A DNA stretch of 64,000 nucleotides from an uncultured Chloroflexia bacterium (GCA_963751345.1 CAVVUS010000037.1:64001-128000); one strand, 5' to 3'. Shown: positions 11,718-23,191, counted from the first letter of the stretch. A program made the numbers and translations. The notes: generated by a model from the letters alone, not told the origin.

Positions 11718-12311
11718 TCACATCCGTCCCCGTGCCCGACCATAGGCCAGCAGACTGTCACGGTGGATGAGCCATTCCCCGCGGATCTTCTCAGCACGTA
11801 CCAGGCCCTCGCGGGCCAGCCAGCGAATGTGGCTGGCCACGTAGTCCGTGACCTCGCTGGCTTCGGCGGTCCCGATCCACCCCTCGAGATAGGCGAGCAG
11901 CAGCTCACGATCGAAGAGCCAGCTATCGCCCTCTTGACGCGCGCCGACGCGCCCTTCTGCAGCAAGCTTCAACAGGTAGGTTGAGCCGCAGCCCGTCGCC
12001 CGGATGGCGTCTAGCGTGGAGATCCATTCCAGGTCGGCATCGTGGTCGAAGGGTGTCTCGCGGATGTGGATGTCGGGGCGAAGCTCCTCCAAAGTCCGAA
12101 GGAGCTTGTCGATCCGGTGACGATTCCCAAAATAGGTCACAAGCTCGCGCGCCATGTCACTCTTGTTCGTGCCGGTCAGCACCTCATCATCGACTCCCGC
12201 ATCGAAGGCAAGATCGCGCAGTTCACTCTCGGTGAGCCTCTCCACGAGTACCCGTCGCAGGTCCGCCCGATCGACCGGCACTCTCACGCTCTCAGGAGCG
12301 CACCTTGTCAC
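11718..12311 (-). CDS. Effector-associated (EAD7-like) domain fused to two excisionase/MerR-like HTH repeats
   Basis: LRRVLVERLTESELRDLAFDAGVD...KSDMARELVTYF...LEELRPD, then two repeats WIST/WIGT...EGRVGA/EGLVRA...WLFDR/WLIHR. Confidence 0.65.
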   Translation of the reverse strand: MTRCAPESVRVPVDRADLRRVLVERLTESELRDLAFDAGVDDEVLTGTNKSDMARELVTYFGNRHRIDKLLRTLEELRPDIHIRETPFDHDADLEWISTLDAIRATGCGSTYLLKLAAEGRVGARQEGDSWLFDRELLLAYLEGWIGTAEASEVTDYVASHIRWLAREGLVRAEKIRGEWLIHRDSLLAYGRARGRM

Positions 12312-12525
12312 GATAGCCCTCCTTGTCGAGGCCCGGGCAAGCGGTGGACAGTTGCCCGGATTGGCCTATGCTTCCAGCCGCATTGTCTAGTATTATAGGT
12401 ATCGACGCCTTTCGGGCAACGGGCCGTGCCCACGCTGCGCATTACTCTTGGCGGCAAATGGCGTTACAATGCGTACAAGAGATAGATCGTCACACCCACA
12501 CTTTTCCCTGTTAAGGAGTAGAGTC

Positions 12526-13191
12526 ATGTCATCGCACCTGCAAATAAAGACTGCTGTCATCACAGGAAACCATCCGTTTGACGTACCAGCCTTCACCCGG
12601 CTCTTCCGCGTCCTCTCGAACGTCGACGCGTTCATCCAGACCCTGGACGATTTCGTGGCGGATGAGGGTAAAGCACGCAACTGGTACGACGCGATCGTTT
12701 TCTACAACTTCCAGCAGGAAACGCCGGGGGCGCCGAATCACGAGCCCGGCGGAGGACGCGACGTGCTGAACGCGCTCAAGCGCCTCGGAAAGACCGACCA
12801 GGGCATCGTCGTCCTGCACCACGCCCTGATGGCCTTCCGCGAGTGGCCGTTTTGGTCGGAGTTGGTGGGCATCGAGGAGCGGGGGTTGGGCTACCACCAC
12901 GACCAGGAGATCGACGTTCACGTCGAGGACCCCAGCCACCCGATCACACTTCACCGGGGCGACTGGTCCATGGTTGACGAGACGTATACCATCAACGAGC
13001 CCGACGCCGATTCCAAGGTCCTGCTAACCACAAACCATCCCAACAGCATGCACAGCCTGGCGTGGGCCCGCACCTTCAACAAGGCGAGGGTCTTCTGCTA
13101 CGCATCCGGGCACGATTCGCAGGCGTTCGACAACCCTCATTTCCGCACCGTCCTGTCACGGGGCATCGCCTGGGCAGCGGGACACATCTGA
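12526..13191 (+). CDS. ThuA-like (trehalose utilisation) domain protein
   Basis: ITGNHPFD, GIVVLHH, HPIT, DETY, AWAR, RVFCYASGHD. Confidence 0.85.
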   Translation: MSSHLQIKTAVITGNHPFDVPAFTRLFRVLSNVDAFIQTLDDFVADEGKARNWYDAIVFYNFQQETPGAPNHEPGGGRDVLNALKRLGKTDQGIVVLHHALMAFREWPFWSELVGIEERGLGYHHDQEIDVHVEDPSHPITLHRGDWSMVDETYTINEPDADSKVLLTTNHPNSMHSLAWARTFNKARVFCYASGHDSQAFDNPHFRTVLSRGIAWAAGHI

Positions 13192-13217
13192 GGACGGCAG
13201 CAAGGACCTCGACAGAC

Positions 13218-13673
13218 ATGAGGATTGATCTGTCGCGATTTCACCACGCCTTCCGCACCAAGCCCTTGCTTATCGGCGGGAAGGCGATGGAATACTATGG
13301 CCTGCGGCTGGCCGGCGCCGACATCGACTTCGTGGTCACGCGCGGGGACTATGAGGCCCTTGCCCAACGCTACCCGGACACGTTGAGGGATCTCTGGGGC
13401 GACCTCGGCGTCTGTCCCTACGAGTTCGAAATCTGGACGAGTATCTGCCTTTTCGACTACGAGGATCTGTCGCCCGGCGCGATCGATTCGGGGGACTACC
13501 TCGTCATCTCGCTGGAGAAGCTTCTCTTCCTCAAGGCGTTGGCGATGGAGAAGGAGAAGTATCATCGTGACCTGGAGATGATCGTCCAGAAGATCCGGAG
13601 TGAAAAGTACGCGCCATGGTGGGACGCGCTGCCTGAAGAGCGCCGACAGGCCTACCTGGCAAGTCAGAAGTAA
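13218..13673 (+). CDS. Small nucleotidyltransferase-fold protein
   Basis: LLIGGKAMEYYGLR...ADIDFVV (GG...DxD) and C-terminal EKYHRDLEMI. Confidence 0.6.
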   Translation: MRIDLSRFHHAFRTKPLLIGGKAMEYYGLRLAGADIDFVVTRGDYEALAQRYPDTLRDLWGDLGVCPYEFEIWTSICLFDYEDLSPGAIDSGDYLVISLEKLLFLKALAMEKEKYHRDLEMIVQKIRSEKYAPWWDALPEERRQAYLASQK

Positions 13674-13777
13674 CCAGACACGCGAGGGAGGGCTCTTGCG
13701 AGGAACCATCCAACCGACGACCAAGACGTAGAGGAAGCCGTGGATGCGCCGGCCATTGGTCGGCGGCAGGCGGTAGT

Positions 13778-13818
13778 TACAGATGACCACAGGCTGAGTC
13801 AGCCTGTGGTCATCTGTA
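13778..13818. repeat. Perfect 20-bp inverted repeat with 1-nt spacer
   Basis: TACAGATGACCACAGGCTGA-G-TCAGCCTGTGGTCATCTGTA. Confidence 0.9.
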
Positions 13819-13827
13819 TAGGCTGCT

Positions 13828-14121
13828 CTACACGTCGATAGGCACCTCGAAGTACGTGATGTCGGGTTGCGCTGCCATCAGCGGCACCAGAGAGCCCAAC
13901 TTCGACTTCAGCCAGCCGCTTTCCTCCTGCTTCAGCATATTCTCCTTCGTATCATAGATGGCGATGGTCATCGACGTGCCGTCTTCCTCGTTCATCATCA
14001 CCAGGAACTTCTGGAGTCCCTCGAGCTCCGGCAGGTCGGGCACGACGTGCTTGTTCATCGCGTCGACTGCGGAATCTCCCGTGCCTGGCTTCATCTTCAC
14101 CGAAACCACCCGTGCGATCAT
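13828..14121 (-). CDS. Small ABM-like (dimeric alpha-beta barrel) protein
   Basis: 97 aa MIARVVSVKMKPG...; GGAGGT RBS upstream. Confidence 0.7.
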   Translation of the reverse strand: MIARVVSVKMKPGTGDSAVDAMNKHVVPDLPELEGLQKFLVMMNEEDGTSMTIAIYDTKENMLKQEESGWLKSKLGSLVPLMAAQPDITYFEVPIDV

Positions 14122-14215
14122 CTCTTACCTCCCGTGTGTCTGGATTGGCCCATTGTCGTCCTTCGACGATCCTATATTGCCACAGGAGTATCAAAGAACT
14201 CTCAAAGGATCGGCA

Positions 14216-14434
14216 ATGCCGGTGGTCCGCAGGCTCACCGGCGACCGCGTTGATGCCTTCTGCAGCCCTGACAGCGAGACGTGGTACGCCATGAGCCACG
14301 TCACCTTCCCGATGGACGACACGGTGCAGGTCGGCGTCCGTACCATCAGTATGATCGACCGCACCATCTACCCCGGCGCGTATCCTGAGGGTACAGCGAT
14401 CCGCTTCACGTCGTTCAAACTCTGGTCTGCTTGA
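14216..14434 (+). pseudogene. Possible C-terminal remnant of a DUF1349/concanavalin-like protein
   Basis: RLTGDRVDAFCSPDSETWY...VQVGV...FTSFKL resembles the end of such a domain; no N-terminal part. Confidence 0.3.
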
Positions 14435-14588
14435 TCTGTGCAGCACGCCGCAGCGTTGGGTGGGCCACTTGCTGAGCCATCTTCTGAACCACTGGGACCC
14501 CGGTCGTAGGCTGCGTCTTCCTTTGGAGCCGCATTGGGCACTGAGACGGCAGGGCCGCCGGCTCCAGTGCCCAATGCTGGAATCTTGC

Positions 14589-14780
14589 CTATGAAGCTGG
14601 GAAGACGGCCCTGCGCACCACGAGCCGCACGCGGGTCAGCACGTTGTCTGAGGGAGTGGCCCCCCGCCCACGGGCCTGACGGGCCAGGTGCCGGTCGTAA
14701 GCTGCCTGCTGCAGCTGCGCGCGAGAAGCCTTGTCCGTCGCCATCATCGTGTCGGTGCTGAACATCCGTGTCTCGTCCAT
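14589..14780 (-). CDS. Small hypothetical protein (63 aa) divergent from the SARP regulator
   Basis: AAGGAGAG RBS then MDETRMFSTDTMM... Confidence 0.5.
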   Translation of the reverse strand: MDETRMFSTDTMMATDKASRAQLQQAAYDRHLARQARGRGATPSDNVLTRVRLVVRRAVFPAS

Positions 14781-15014
14781 CGCGCTCTCCTCTTTGAGAT
14801 TGGTTGGTGTCTCCGTAACTTGTCCACAGCATAGCCAATGACCGCACTCGGAACGCATCGAGAACGCACTGTCTGGCAGCCCTGGCCAGGGCAGTCATGA
14901 AGTTGGGTGCAAGGTCCGCGGCTCCGTGTATACTGCTGGCAGGCTTGGCGTTGCATGGTTAGGCTGAAGGATGGCATGGGCAGCTCCTCCTACTGGCTGC
15001 CAAAGGAGTGAATC

Positions 15015-18000
15015 GTGGCACGCTTGGGACTGGCGTTGTTGGGCGGCATGACCATCACGCTGGACGGCATCGACGTTTCGGGCTTCAATTCGGATAAGGT
15101 GCGCGCGTTGCTGGCCTACCTGGCGGTCGAATCCGACCGCGCCCACCTTCGCGAGAGCCTCGCAACGCTCCTCTGGCCCGACTATCCTGAGCGTTCTGCA
15201 CTGACCAATCTCCGCAATGCGCTGGCTAACCTTCGCACCGTGATCGGCGACCGCGAAGCGGAGCCGCCTTTTCTGGAGATCAGCCGCCAAACCCTCGGCT
15301 TCTGCCCGGAGAGCGACGGCCACGTCGACGTATCGATCCTCAGCCGCATCGCCACTAGCCTAGCAAGCCGCCCGGTATCGACTGAGCAGGTTGCCGCAGC
15401 GGTCGACCTCTACAGGGGCGACTTTTTGGCAGGGTTCGCGCTCGAGGACAGCGCTGAATTCGATGACTGGTCGACCGTGACGCGTGAACAGCTACGTCGC
15501 CAGGCGATCTCCGCCCTGGAGTATCTGATCGACCAGCTTCAGCAACAGAACAAGCCCGACGAGGCATTAGGCTACGCCTGGCGTTTGGTGCAACTGGAGC
15601 CGTGGCGGGAGACAGGGCAGCGAGCCCTGATGCGATTGTTGGCTCTCACAGGACAACGCGCCGCCGCACTGGCGCAATACAGAGCCTGTTGCCGGATCCT
15701 GTCTGTTGAATTGAACATCGAACCCTCAGCTGAGACCGTAACCCTCTATGAGCAGATACAATCCGATGAGTTGCGGGCACAGACGTCTAGAACAGAGCAG
15801 GACATAGGGACAACAAAGCCGGTACAGCGCCGCCACAACCTCCCGGCTCAGCTCACGCCCCTGATCGGGCGCGAGTCGGAGTTGGCCCGGATCGATGCTT
15901 ACTTGCACGATCCTGCGTGTCGGCTTCTCACGCTTGTCGGCCCTGGTGGCATCGGCAAGACGCGGCTGGCATTGGAGGCGTGTGCTCCACAGGTCAACCG
16001 TTTCGATCACGGCGTCTTCTTGGCGCCACTGGCGGCGGTGGGCACGGCTGATGGCCTCGTCCCGGCTATCGCTGGCGCGGTGAGCTTCGCTTTCCACGAG
16101 GAGGGCGTCACCAAGAGCGCAGGTGGGATGACCGAGACGCCGCAAGCACAGCTCTTGGCCTACCTGCGGGACAAAGAGATGCTCCTGCTGCTCGACAACG
16201 TCGAGCACCTGCTGGACGGTGAGTCCCCAGATGGCGACATCCGCGAGACTATCTTGGCACTTCTGAGCTCGGCGCCAGACGTCAAGATCCTCACGACGTC
16301 GCGGGCGCGGGTGGAAATGCAGGGGGAGCAGCTCCTCCCACTAGGGGGCCTAGCCTATGGTGAGCGCTGGGTCGGCCCGCCGGCAGAGCCCCCGCTGAGT
16401 GCCGGGATACAGCTCTTCGTCGAAGGGGCTCGACGCGTCGTGCCCGGTTTCGCGATTTCGGACGGCAACGCCGAGCCGGTGGCGCGCATCTGCCGTGTCG
16501 TACAAGGGATGCCACTGGCGATTCTGCTTGCGGCGGCGTGGGTCACCGTTCTGTCGCCGCGGGAGATCGCTGACCAGCTCGCCGAGGGGGCGGACTCGGC
16601 TCTCGATCTGCTGACCGCGGACTGGGGCGACGTTCGGAACGCCACCGCAGCCTGCGTAACGTGTTCGAGGGCTAATGGACGCTGCTCACGCCCGACGAGC
16701 AGACGGCTTTCGCGGCCCTCAGCGTCTTCCACGGCGGCTTCACGTGGCCGGCGGCGCGCGATGTGGCGTGCGTCTCGTTGCCAACGCTGCGGGACCTCGC
16801 CTCCAAATCGATGGTTCAAGTCAATGAGGGACGTTACGACCTGCACCCGCTTCTGCGGCAGTTCGCCGCGGAGAGACTATCGGCCTCGCCCGACCACGCG
16901 GCTGCGCGCCAACGTCACTGCGCCACCTATGCGGCCAAGGTGCAGACTTGGTCACGCGGGTTGAAGGGGGCAGAGCAAATGGCGGCGTTGGCCGAGATGA
17001 CCGCTGAGATCGCCAACGTCGAGGCTGCTTGGGTGTGGGCTGCAAGTGCCGGCGACGTCAGCTATCTGGACACGATGGCCGAGGGGCTTGGACTCTACTA
17101 CCGCCGACGTGGCCTGCGCCGCGATGGTGAGCGTCTCTTCCGGATAGGCGTGGCGGGGTTGTCGCGGATTGAGCATGCGATCGGGGAGGCTGCTGGGCTG
17201 CAGGCGTGTCCACTGGTTCGCTTGCTCGCGTGGCAAGCCTATTTAAGCCAACGGGCAGCGGACAAGCGTCCCCTGGTCGAACGGGGTAACGCACTGCTTG
17301 CCCTAACCGACGCCAGTGACGCGGATGCATTGGCGTGCCGCGGTTTCTTGCTGCTCCCGGCTACGGATATTGCGGAAGCCGACGGCGACCTGGAACACGC
17401 ACAGGCATTGTCGTTGGAGGCACACCGGCTGTTTCATCAGTTGGACAGCCGCTGGTGGGAAGCCCTTGCGCTGTCGTATGCAGCTGATGTGGCTTGGTCA
17501 CTCGGGAGGTTTGCTGAGGCCTATCGCCTCAGCGACGCAACGCTAGGCCTCTTCCGGTCTCTCGGTAGTTCGCGGGAGGTCGGGCGGGCGTTGCTCCTGA
17601 CTGGCTCTACGTTGATGCGACAGGGCGCGCTCGATCGTGCGGAGGCGCTGTGGCAGGAGGCCGCCGAGGAACTGCGCAGGGCCGGTGACAAGGCCGATGC
17701 CGCGGATGCACTGTTCCATTTGGGCGCTGCCTGCTATTGGTCTGGGCGTTTATCCAAAGCTCTCCGCTTGATAAACGATGCCTATGACCTGTCGAGCGAC
17801 CTCGGACTACACGACCTGGCCTGTGAGATGGGGATTATGATCGCGGGCGCCCGGTGTATGCTAGGGGACTATGCCGCGGCGTCCGCATTCGCCGAAGCTC
17901 ACATGCGCGCTGCCGACGCGGCTGGCGATGTGCGCGCTGCGGGCGACTATCTGATATCGATGGCCAGCGTCGATCTGGTTGAGGGACGGGTTGATGACGC

Positions 18001-18433
18001 ATACACCCGTTGCCAGAGGGCCATCGAGCTCCTGGCTGGCCACGTGGCGGACGAGGAGGCGATGGCCAAGGCCATACTGGGGCTCATCGTGCTTCGCCTC
18101 GGCCAGCGGCACGCCGCCCACCGTCATCTGAAGGAGGTGCTAGCATTCTCCGAGCGAACGAATGCCTTCATGGCGCTGTATTACGCGCTGCCAATCGGTG
18201 CATCCCTGTTGGCCGAGTCTGGCGAGGTCGAGCGCGCCGTCGTGGTCTACGCTCTTGCCCGCGAGCGCTTTGCCTTTGTGGCCAACTCGCAGTGGTTCCA
18301 GGATGTGGTCGGTCAGCCGCTTGCGGAAGTCGCGGACAGGGCCCTGTCCCCCGAACGTATTGAAGCCGCTAAAGCGAAGGGGAGTGCCTTGGATTTGCAG
18401 CAGACCGTGGCTTTGTTGCTGGACACGATATGA
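15015..18433 (+). CDS. AfsR/SARP-family regulator (wHTH-BTAD-ATPase-TPR), interrupted by a frameshift and an in-frame TAA
   Basis: KVRALLAYLA, LYRGDFLAGF, EPWRE, LIGRESEL, GPGGIGKT, LLLLDNVEH, GMPLAILLAA; TPR-like ORF 16763-18433; TAA at 16673-16675. Confidence 0.88.
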
Positions 18434-18569
18434 GGCTTGTGAGTCTGCAGTACGTCGATGGGCTCTCAATAGAGAGCTAAGGTAAGCTGTATTTGGAGCT
18501 GGCGACTACATCGTCGCGTGATTGCATCCAAACGCCACCATACACCATACTAACAGTAGGAGGTTCCCT

Positions 18570-20272
18570 ATGATCCATCTCACCGAGAGTGGCTTGATCG
18601 CAGAGTCAGCCACCACCATCGTCGAGTTCGAGGGCGCGAGCATCGTCGCCATCAAGGATGCCCGCACGGGCGAGGCGTTCCTCGACCGCGGGCTGGGCGC
18701 CGACGTGCCCGGCTTCGACCTCTTCCATCAGACCGGCAAGGTCTCGCCGCTGGGCGTCCACCCGATGGCCAGCCACGTCCACACGACGCTGCTGACCGAC
18801 TCGCATCGCCGAGATCGTGCTGGAGGATTGGGAGGCCGACGTCAGCATCCGCGTGAGCATCGACGACGCCACCGGCGACATCCTTGTGGAACCCTCGGCG
18901 TGGACGATGCAGGGCGGCGTCGCGGGGCTTGGGCTCAACGTCGCCGGGATCCGCGAGGACCTGGACGTCGTGGGCCCCTTCCAGCAGGGCACGCGGCTGC
19001 CGCTTGCCCACCCGCAGATGGCGGGCAAGCGTGCGCCCTGGCCCAACACCTGGGAGGCCGGGTTCCTGGTCTTCCAGGGCAAGGCGTCCGGCTTCAGTGT
19101 CCAGACTTGGGACGATCACTTCATCTTCAAGCAGGTGAACGTCGGCCACGAGAAGAGCGTCCAGTCGGTGGCCTTCGTGACCCAGGCCTACGGTCCCCTG
19201 GAGCACAACCGGTGTGTGGGCAATCTCGCGTGGCGCATCTCGGCCCACCAGGGTGACTGGACCGTGCCGGTGACGCGCTACCGGGACTGGTACTGGAAAG
19301 CCTACCGCCTCGACGAGGCAGCTGCGATGCGGCCCGACTGGCTCGACGACATCCGGCTTGCGGTGTCGTGGTGCCCGTCGAACCCCGACCTGCTGGACGC
19401 GCTCGCCACGAGGATCGGATCCGCACAGGACCTTTCTCCACGTGCCGCGCTGGCGCCCGTACGAGTATGACCAGGACTATCCTACCTTCACGCCGAGTGA
19501 TGAAGGCCGGGCCTTCATCGAGAAGGCGCGTACGATGGGCTTTCACGTCGCGCCCCACGCCAACGCCTGCCAGATGAACCCCGATCACCCCTTCTTCTTC
19601 CAGGCGCGAGACTTCTGCACCCGGAGCCCGACCGACATCCGCTGGGGCGGCTGGAGTTGGCTGCCGGTGGAGGGCTGGGGCGCCTTTGGCCCGCCGCAGA
19701 GTTACTCGCAGATGCCGGCCAACAAGGATTGGAACATCCTCGTGAACGTGCACCTGGCCTGGTCGCCGTGGCGGCGACAGCTCACGCGCCAGGTCGCCGA
19801 TCTGATCCGCGACTTGGGCCTCGACAGCGTATTCGTGGACGTGTCGCAGCTCATTCACAACAGCGACAACGCAATTCTGGAGGGGCTGAGCTACGCGGAG
19901 GGCTCGCTCAAGTTGATCCGCGAGCTGGCCGAATTGACACCCGGCTTCTGCGTCTCCGGCGAGGGCCGCAACGAGATCTCGACCCAGTACCTGTCCATGG
20001 TGCAGTTCCACCTCTACAACTTCGCCCACAGCACCGCCATCAACCAGAAGGACGTCTCCTGGGTCATTGAGGCGACCACACCGGTCAACAAACTGCTCTT
20101 CGAGGGCCTCAGCCGCGGCATCGGCTACAACTACGGCAGGGGCGAGAACCGTCGCGTGATGGTCGAGGCAACGCTCAAGCAAGGCACGATCCCGACGCTG
20201 ATCTTCCGCACCCAGGATCCCGTCGCCGAGTTGGGCGGCGAGGAAGCACAGTACATTCTGTCCCACACCTAG
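18570..20272 (+). CDS. Hypothetical glycoside-hydrolase-like protein (DUF6259-like), two frameshifts
   Basis: Coding bias continues across ORFs 18522-19256, 18817-19470 and 19358-20272; WRPYEYDQDYP, DSVFVDVS, SGEGRNE; AGGAGG RBS. Confidence 0.55.
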
Positions 20273-20313
20273 GGCGCGCAACTCGACAGCCCGCTCCTAC
20301 GAAAGGTCTACCT

Positions 20314-21945
20314 ATGATCACACTCTCTTTGGCGGATTACCGATCGAAAGTGCTCGGATGCTGGATGGGCAAGAATATCGGAGGCACACTGGGCGCGCCC
20401 TTCGAGTGGCGCCGCAAGGTCAATGGCGTCACGTTCTACACGCAGGATCTGGGTGGCGAACCGCTCCCCAACGACGACCTGGATATACAACTCCTGTGGC
20501 TGGTGGCGCTGGAAGAGCAGGGCGTCGCGCTCGATGCGCAGACGCTGGCCGAGTATTGGTGTCTGTTCGTCACGCCTCACTGGGCCGAATACGGCACGGC
20601 CAAGAACAACATGCGCTCCGGCCTGCTCCCACCACTCTCGGGGACCCTCAACAACGTCTACAAGGACAGCTGCGGTGCCTTCATCCGCTCGGAGATCTGG
20701 GCCTGCATCGCTCCGGGTATGCCACGGCTCGCCGCCCGATACGCCTACGAGGACGCCATCCTCGACCATGGCAATGGGGAGGGCACCTTCGCGGAGGTCT
20801 TCTGTGCCGCGTTGGAGAGCGCGGCCTTTGTCATCAACGATCTGCCCACCCTGATCGATATCGGGCTCTCTTACATTCCCGACGACTGCGGCGTGGCGGG
20901 CGCCGTGCGTGCCGCGCAGGCGGCCTATACGTCAGGCATGAGCTGGCTCGATGCGCGCAACGACGTACTCGAACGCTTCCGCGGCAGCACGCACGCAGGG
21001 GTCCCCGAACTGACCTCGCCGGTCGATCGCGAGCGGGGCTTCCACGAGGGCCAACGCGGATGGGACGTGCCCTCCAATATCGGGATGCTCGTGATCGGCC
21101 TGCTCTACGGCGAGGGCGACTTCGACAACACGCTGTGCACCGCCGTGAATTGCGGCGAGGACACCGACTGCACCGGCGCCACGGCGGGTTCTATCTTCGG
21201 CATTATGCGCGGTATCGAGGCGGTCCCCACCCGCTGGATCGAGCCTATCGGCAAGACCATCAAGACGGCGTGCCTCAACCTCGGCGAACTCGGCTACTTC
21301 GGAGCGCAGCTCCCCCAGGATGTCGAGGAGATGACCCGGCGCACAGAGCGCATCGCCCAACAGGTGCTCGCGGCCTCGTCAGGGGCCATCGAACTCTCAG
21401 AACACCTAGCGACCGATTCGTCGCAGGTCAACGTGGATGCGCTCATGGCCCCCGACCCCAGAGCCCGCACGGTTGACACGTTGCTGGCTCACCCTTTCGC
21501 GCCGCCGGAGTTTGACAACCTGGGCGCCACCGTCCACAGATTCGACTTCTTCCAGGTGGCCGTCGACTACGGTGGGGACCCGCTGGTGCGCGACGGACAG
21601 CTCAAGAGTGTCACCCTGCGTATCCGCAATCTGTACAAGGTGCAGGACAACGTCAACATTCACTGGTACACGCCACCCGGCTGGTCGGTAAGCCCGTCAC
21701 CCGACGGCAGAGTCTTCGTGCCGTGCGGCTGGTTGGCACTGGGCGCCACCGCCGAGGTCACCTACGAGCTAATGGCGGAGCGGGTCGAGACGCCCATCGT
21801 ACGCTTCGCCGTGGAGCTGACCATCACCGGTCGGCCCACTGTGATGCTCGTGCCGGTGATGCTGGTCAACGGCAACCTGGTCGGAGAGGCTAGGCTGGAC
21901 GATCTCTCAGCCGCCATTTCACAGCACGAGGGTGTCTCAGCCTGA
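20314..21945 (+). CDS. ADP-ribosylglycohydrolase family protein with C-terminal beta domain
   Basis: GKNIGGTLGAPFE, NDDLD, GAFIRSEIW, CGEDTDCTGATAGSI. Confidence 0.88.
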   Translation: MITLSLADYRSKVLGCWMGKNIGGTLGAPFEWRRKVNGVTFYTQDLGGEPLPNDDLDIQLLWLVALEEQGVALDAQTLAEYWCLFVTPHWAEYGTAKNNMRSGLLPPLSGTLNNVYKDSCGAFIRSEIWACIAPGMPRLAARYAYEDAILDHGNGEGTFAEVFCAALESAAFVINDLPTLIDIGLSYIPDDCGVAGAVRAAQAAYTSGMSWLDARNDVLERFRGSTHAGVPELTSPVDRERGFHEGQRGWDVPSNIGMLVIGLLYGEGDFDNTLCTAVNCGEDTDCTGATAGSIFGIMRGIEAVPTRWIEPIGKTIKTACLNLGELGYFGAQLPQDVEEMTRRTERIAQQVLAASSGAIELSEHLATDSSQVNVDALMAPDPRARTVDTLLAHPFAPPEFDNLGATVHRFDFFQVAVDYGGDPLVRDGQLKSVTLRIRNLYKVQDNVNIHWYTPPGWSVSPSPDGRVFVPCGWLALGATAEVTYELMAERVETPIVRFAVELTITGRPTVMLVPVMLVNGNLVGEARLDDLSAAISQHEGVSA

Positions 21946-22068
21946 AGGCAACAACAGCAGTCTTGGTCCGGACATGCGCCCGAAGCGGGTTACTGTCCGG
22001 ACCAAGACTGCGAAGACCTCAGGGGCGGCGCCCCTCCGAGCTTGCCGCTGGGGCGCACCCTTCAATCG

Positions 22069-22980
22069 TCATTTACTCCACGTCATCAACGGCGCCAGCC
22101 CCTTCAGAATCTCATCCAGGTATGCTGACGAGACGTCGTCCAGCGGCATCGGGCCATTGCGCTTGAGCGGGCAGTCGATGACACCGCGACGATAGAGCAC
22201 TTCCTTGTAGGAGCCTGGGAGCTGGTGCTCGAAGAAGAAGAGGGGAGCCATTTCCTTGTAGATGTGCAGGGCGTGCGCATCGTCGCCACTTTCCAGCGCA
22301 TGCCAGAGGGCCACGACGACGTCGGTCACATGACAGCCAGGCATGTTGCCCGCGGAACCGCGCCGGAATTCCTCGATCAGATAACGCCCGCCGGCGCCGC
22401 CGAAGACACCCCTGCACGACCTATCGTTCCGCGCCAGTAGTTGCGAGAGCTTCATCGTCGTGGGCGTGGTCTCCTCTTTCACGTACTGCACCCACTCGAT
22501 CTCACGGCAGAGCCGCAACAGCAGATCAGCACTCATATCGGTACCCACCGGCGGCCCATAGTTCTGGATGAAGATGGGCAAGCGGGCAGCGTCGGAGATC
22601 GCCCGATAGTAAGCCCATATGACCGTTTCCGGCGTGCTTCCGCGATGGATATAAGGTGGCATTGCGATGACGCCGTCCGCCCCGATCTCGCGCGCGTGTG
22701 CCGCGAACTTTGCAGCGACCTCCTTCGCCACACCTGCGACGCCGATGATGGCCGGAATACGCCCGGCGTCCTGCTCGACCAGCACTTCCGTCAGCGTGAA
22801 GCGCTCGGCATCACTCAGCGACGTGAATTCACTGGCGTTCACCGGAAAGACCAAGCCGTGGGCACCACATCCAATACAGAAGTCGACCACGCGGCGGAAA
22901 CTGGCGACATCGATCTCCCCGTCCTCACGGAAGGGGGTGGAGGGAATGGTGAATATGCCTCGGAAAGGTGTGTGGGTCAT
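22069..22980 (-). CDS. Dihydrodipicolinate synthase-like (DapA family) aldolase
   Basis: TPFREDGEID, VNASEFTSLSDAER, IAMPP, YVKEE. Confidence 0.85.
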   Translation of the reverse strand: MTHTPFRGIFTIPSTPFREDGEIDVASFRRVVDFCIGCGAHGLVFPVNASEFTSLSDAERFTLTEVLVEQDAGRIPAIIGVAGVAKEVAAKFAAHAREIGADGVIAMPPYIHRGSTPETVIWAYYRAISDAARLPIFIQNYGPPVGTDMSADLLLRLCREIEWVQYVKEETTPTTMKLSQLLARNDRSCRGVFGGAGGRYLIEEFRRGSAGNMPGCHVTDVVVALWHALESGDDAHALHIYKEMAPLFFFEHQLPGSYKEVLYRRGVIDCPLKRNGPMPLDDVSSAYLDEILKGLAPLMTWSK

Positions 22981-23191
22981 ATCGCCTGGCTCCTTCTTGA
23001 GTATGCCAACAGAGACGATCCGATCGTGGAGGTATCGTAGCCCGCTCCGGCAGGCGCGCAACCGGACGATGGTCCCGCGGTTCTAGACGACACACCACCG
23101 AGCCGACCGTGCACTTTCCCGTTGACCCTGCCGCCGAACCCTCCTATACTGGGTCCGACACCTCGGGTGCTGACGCGAAAGGAGATGCCCA

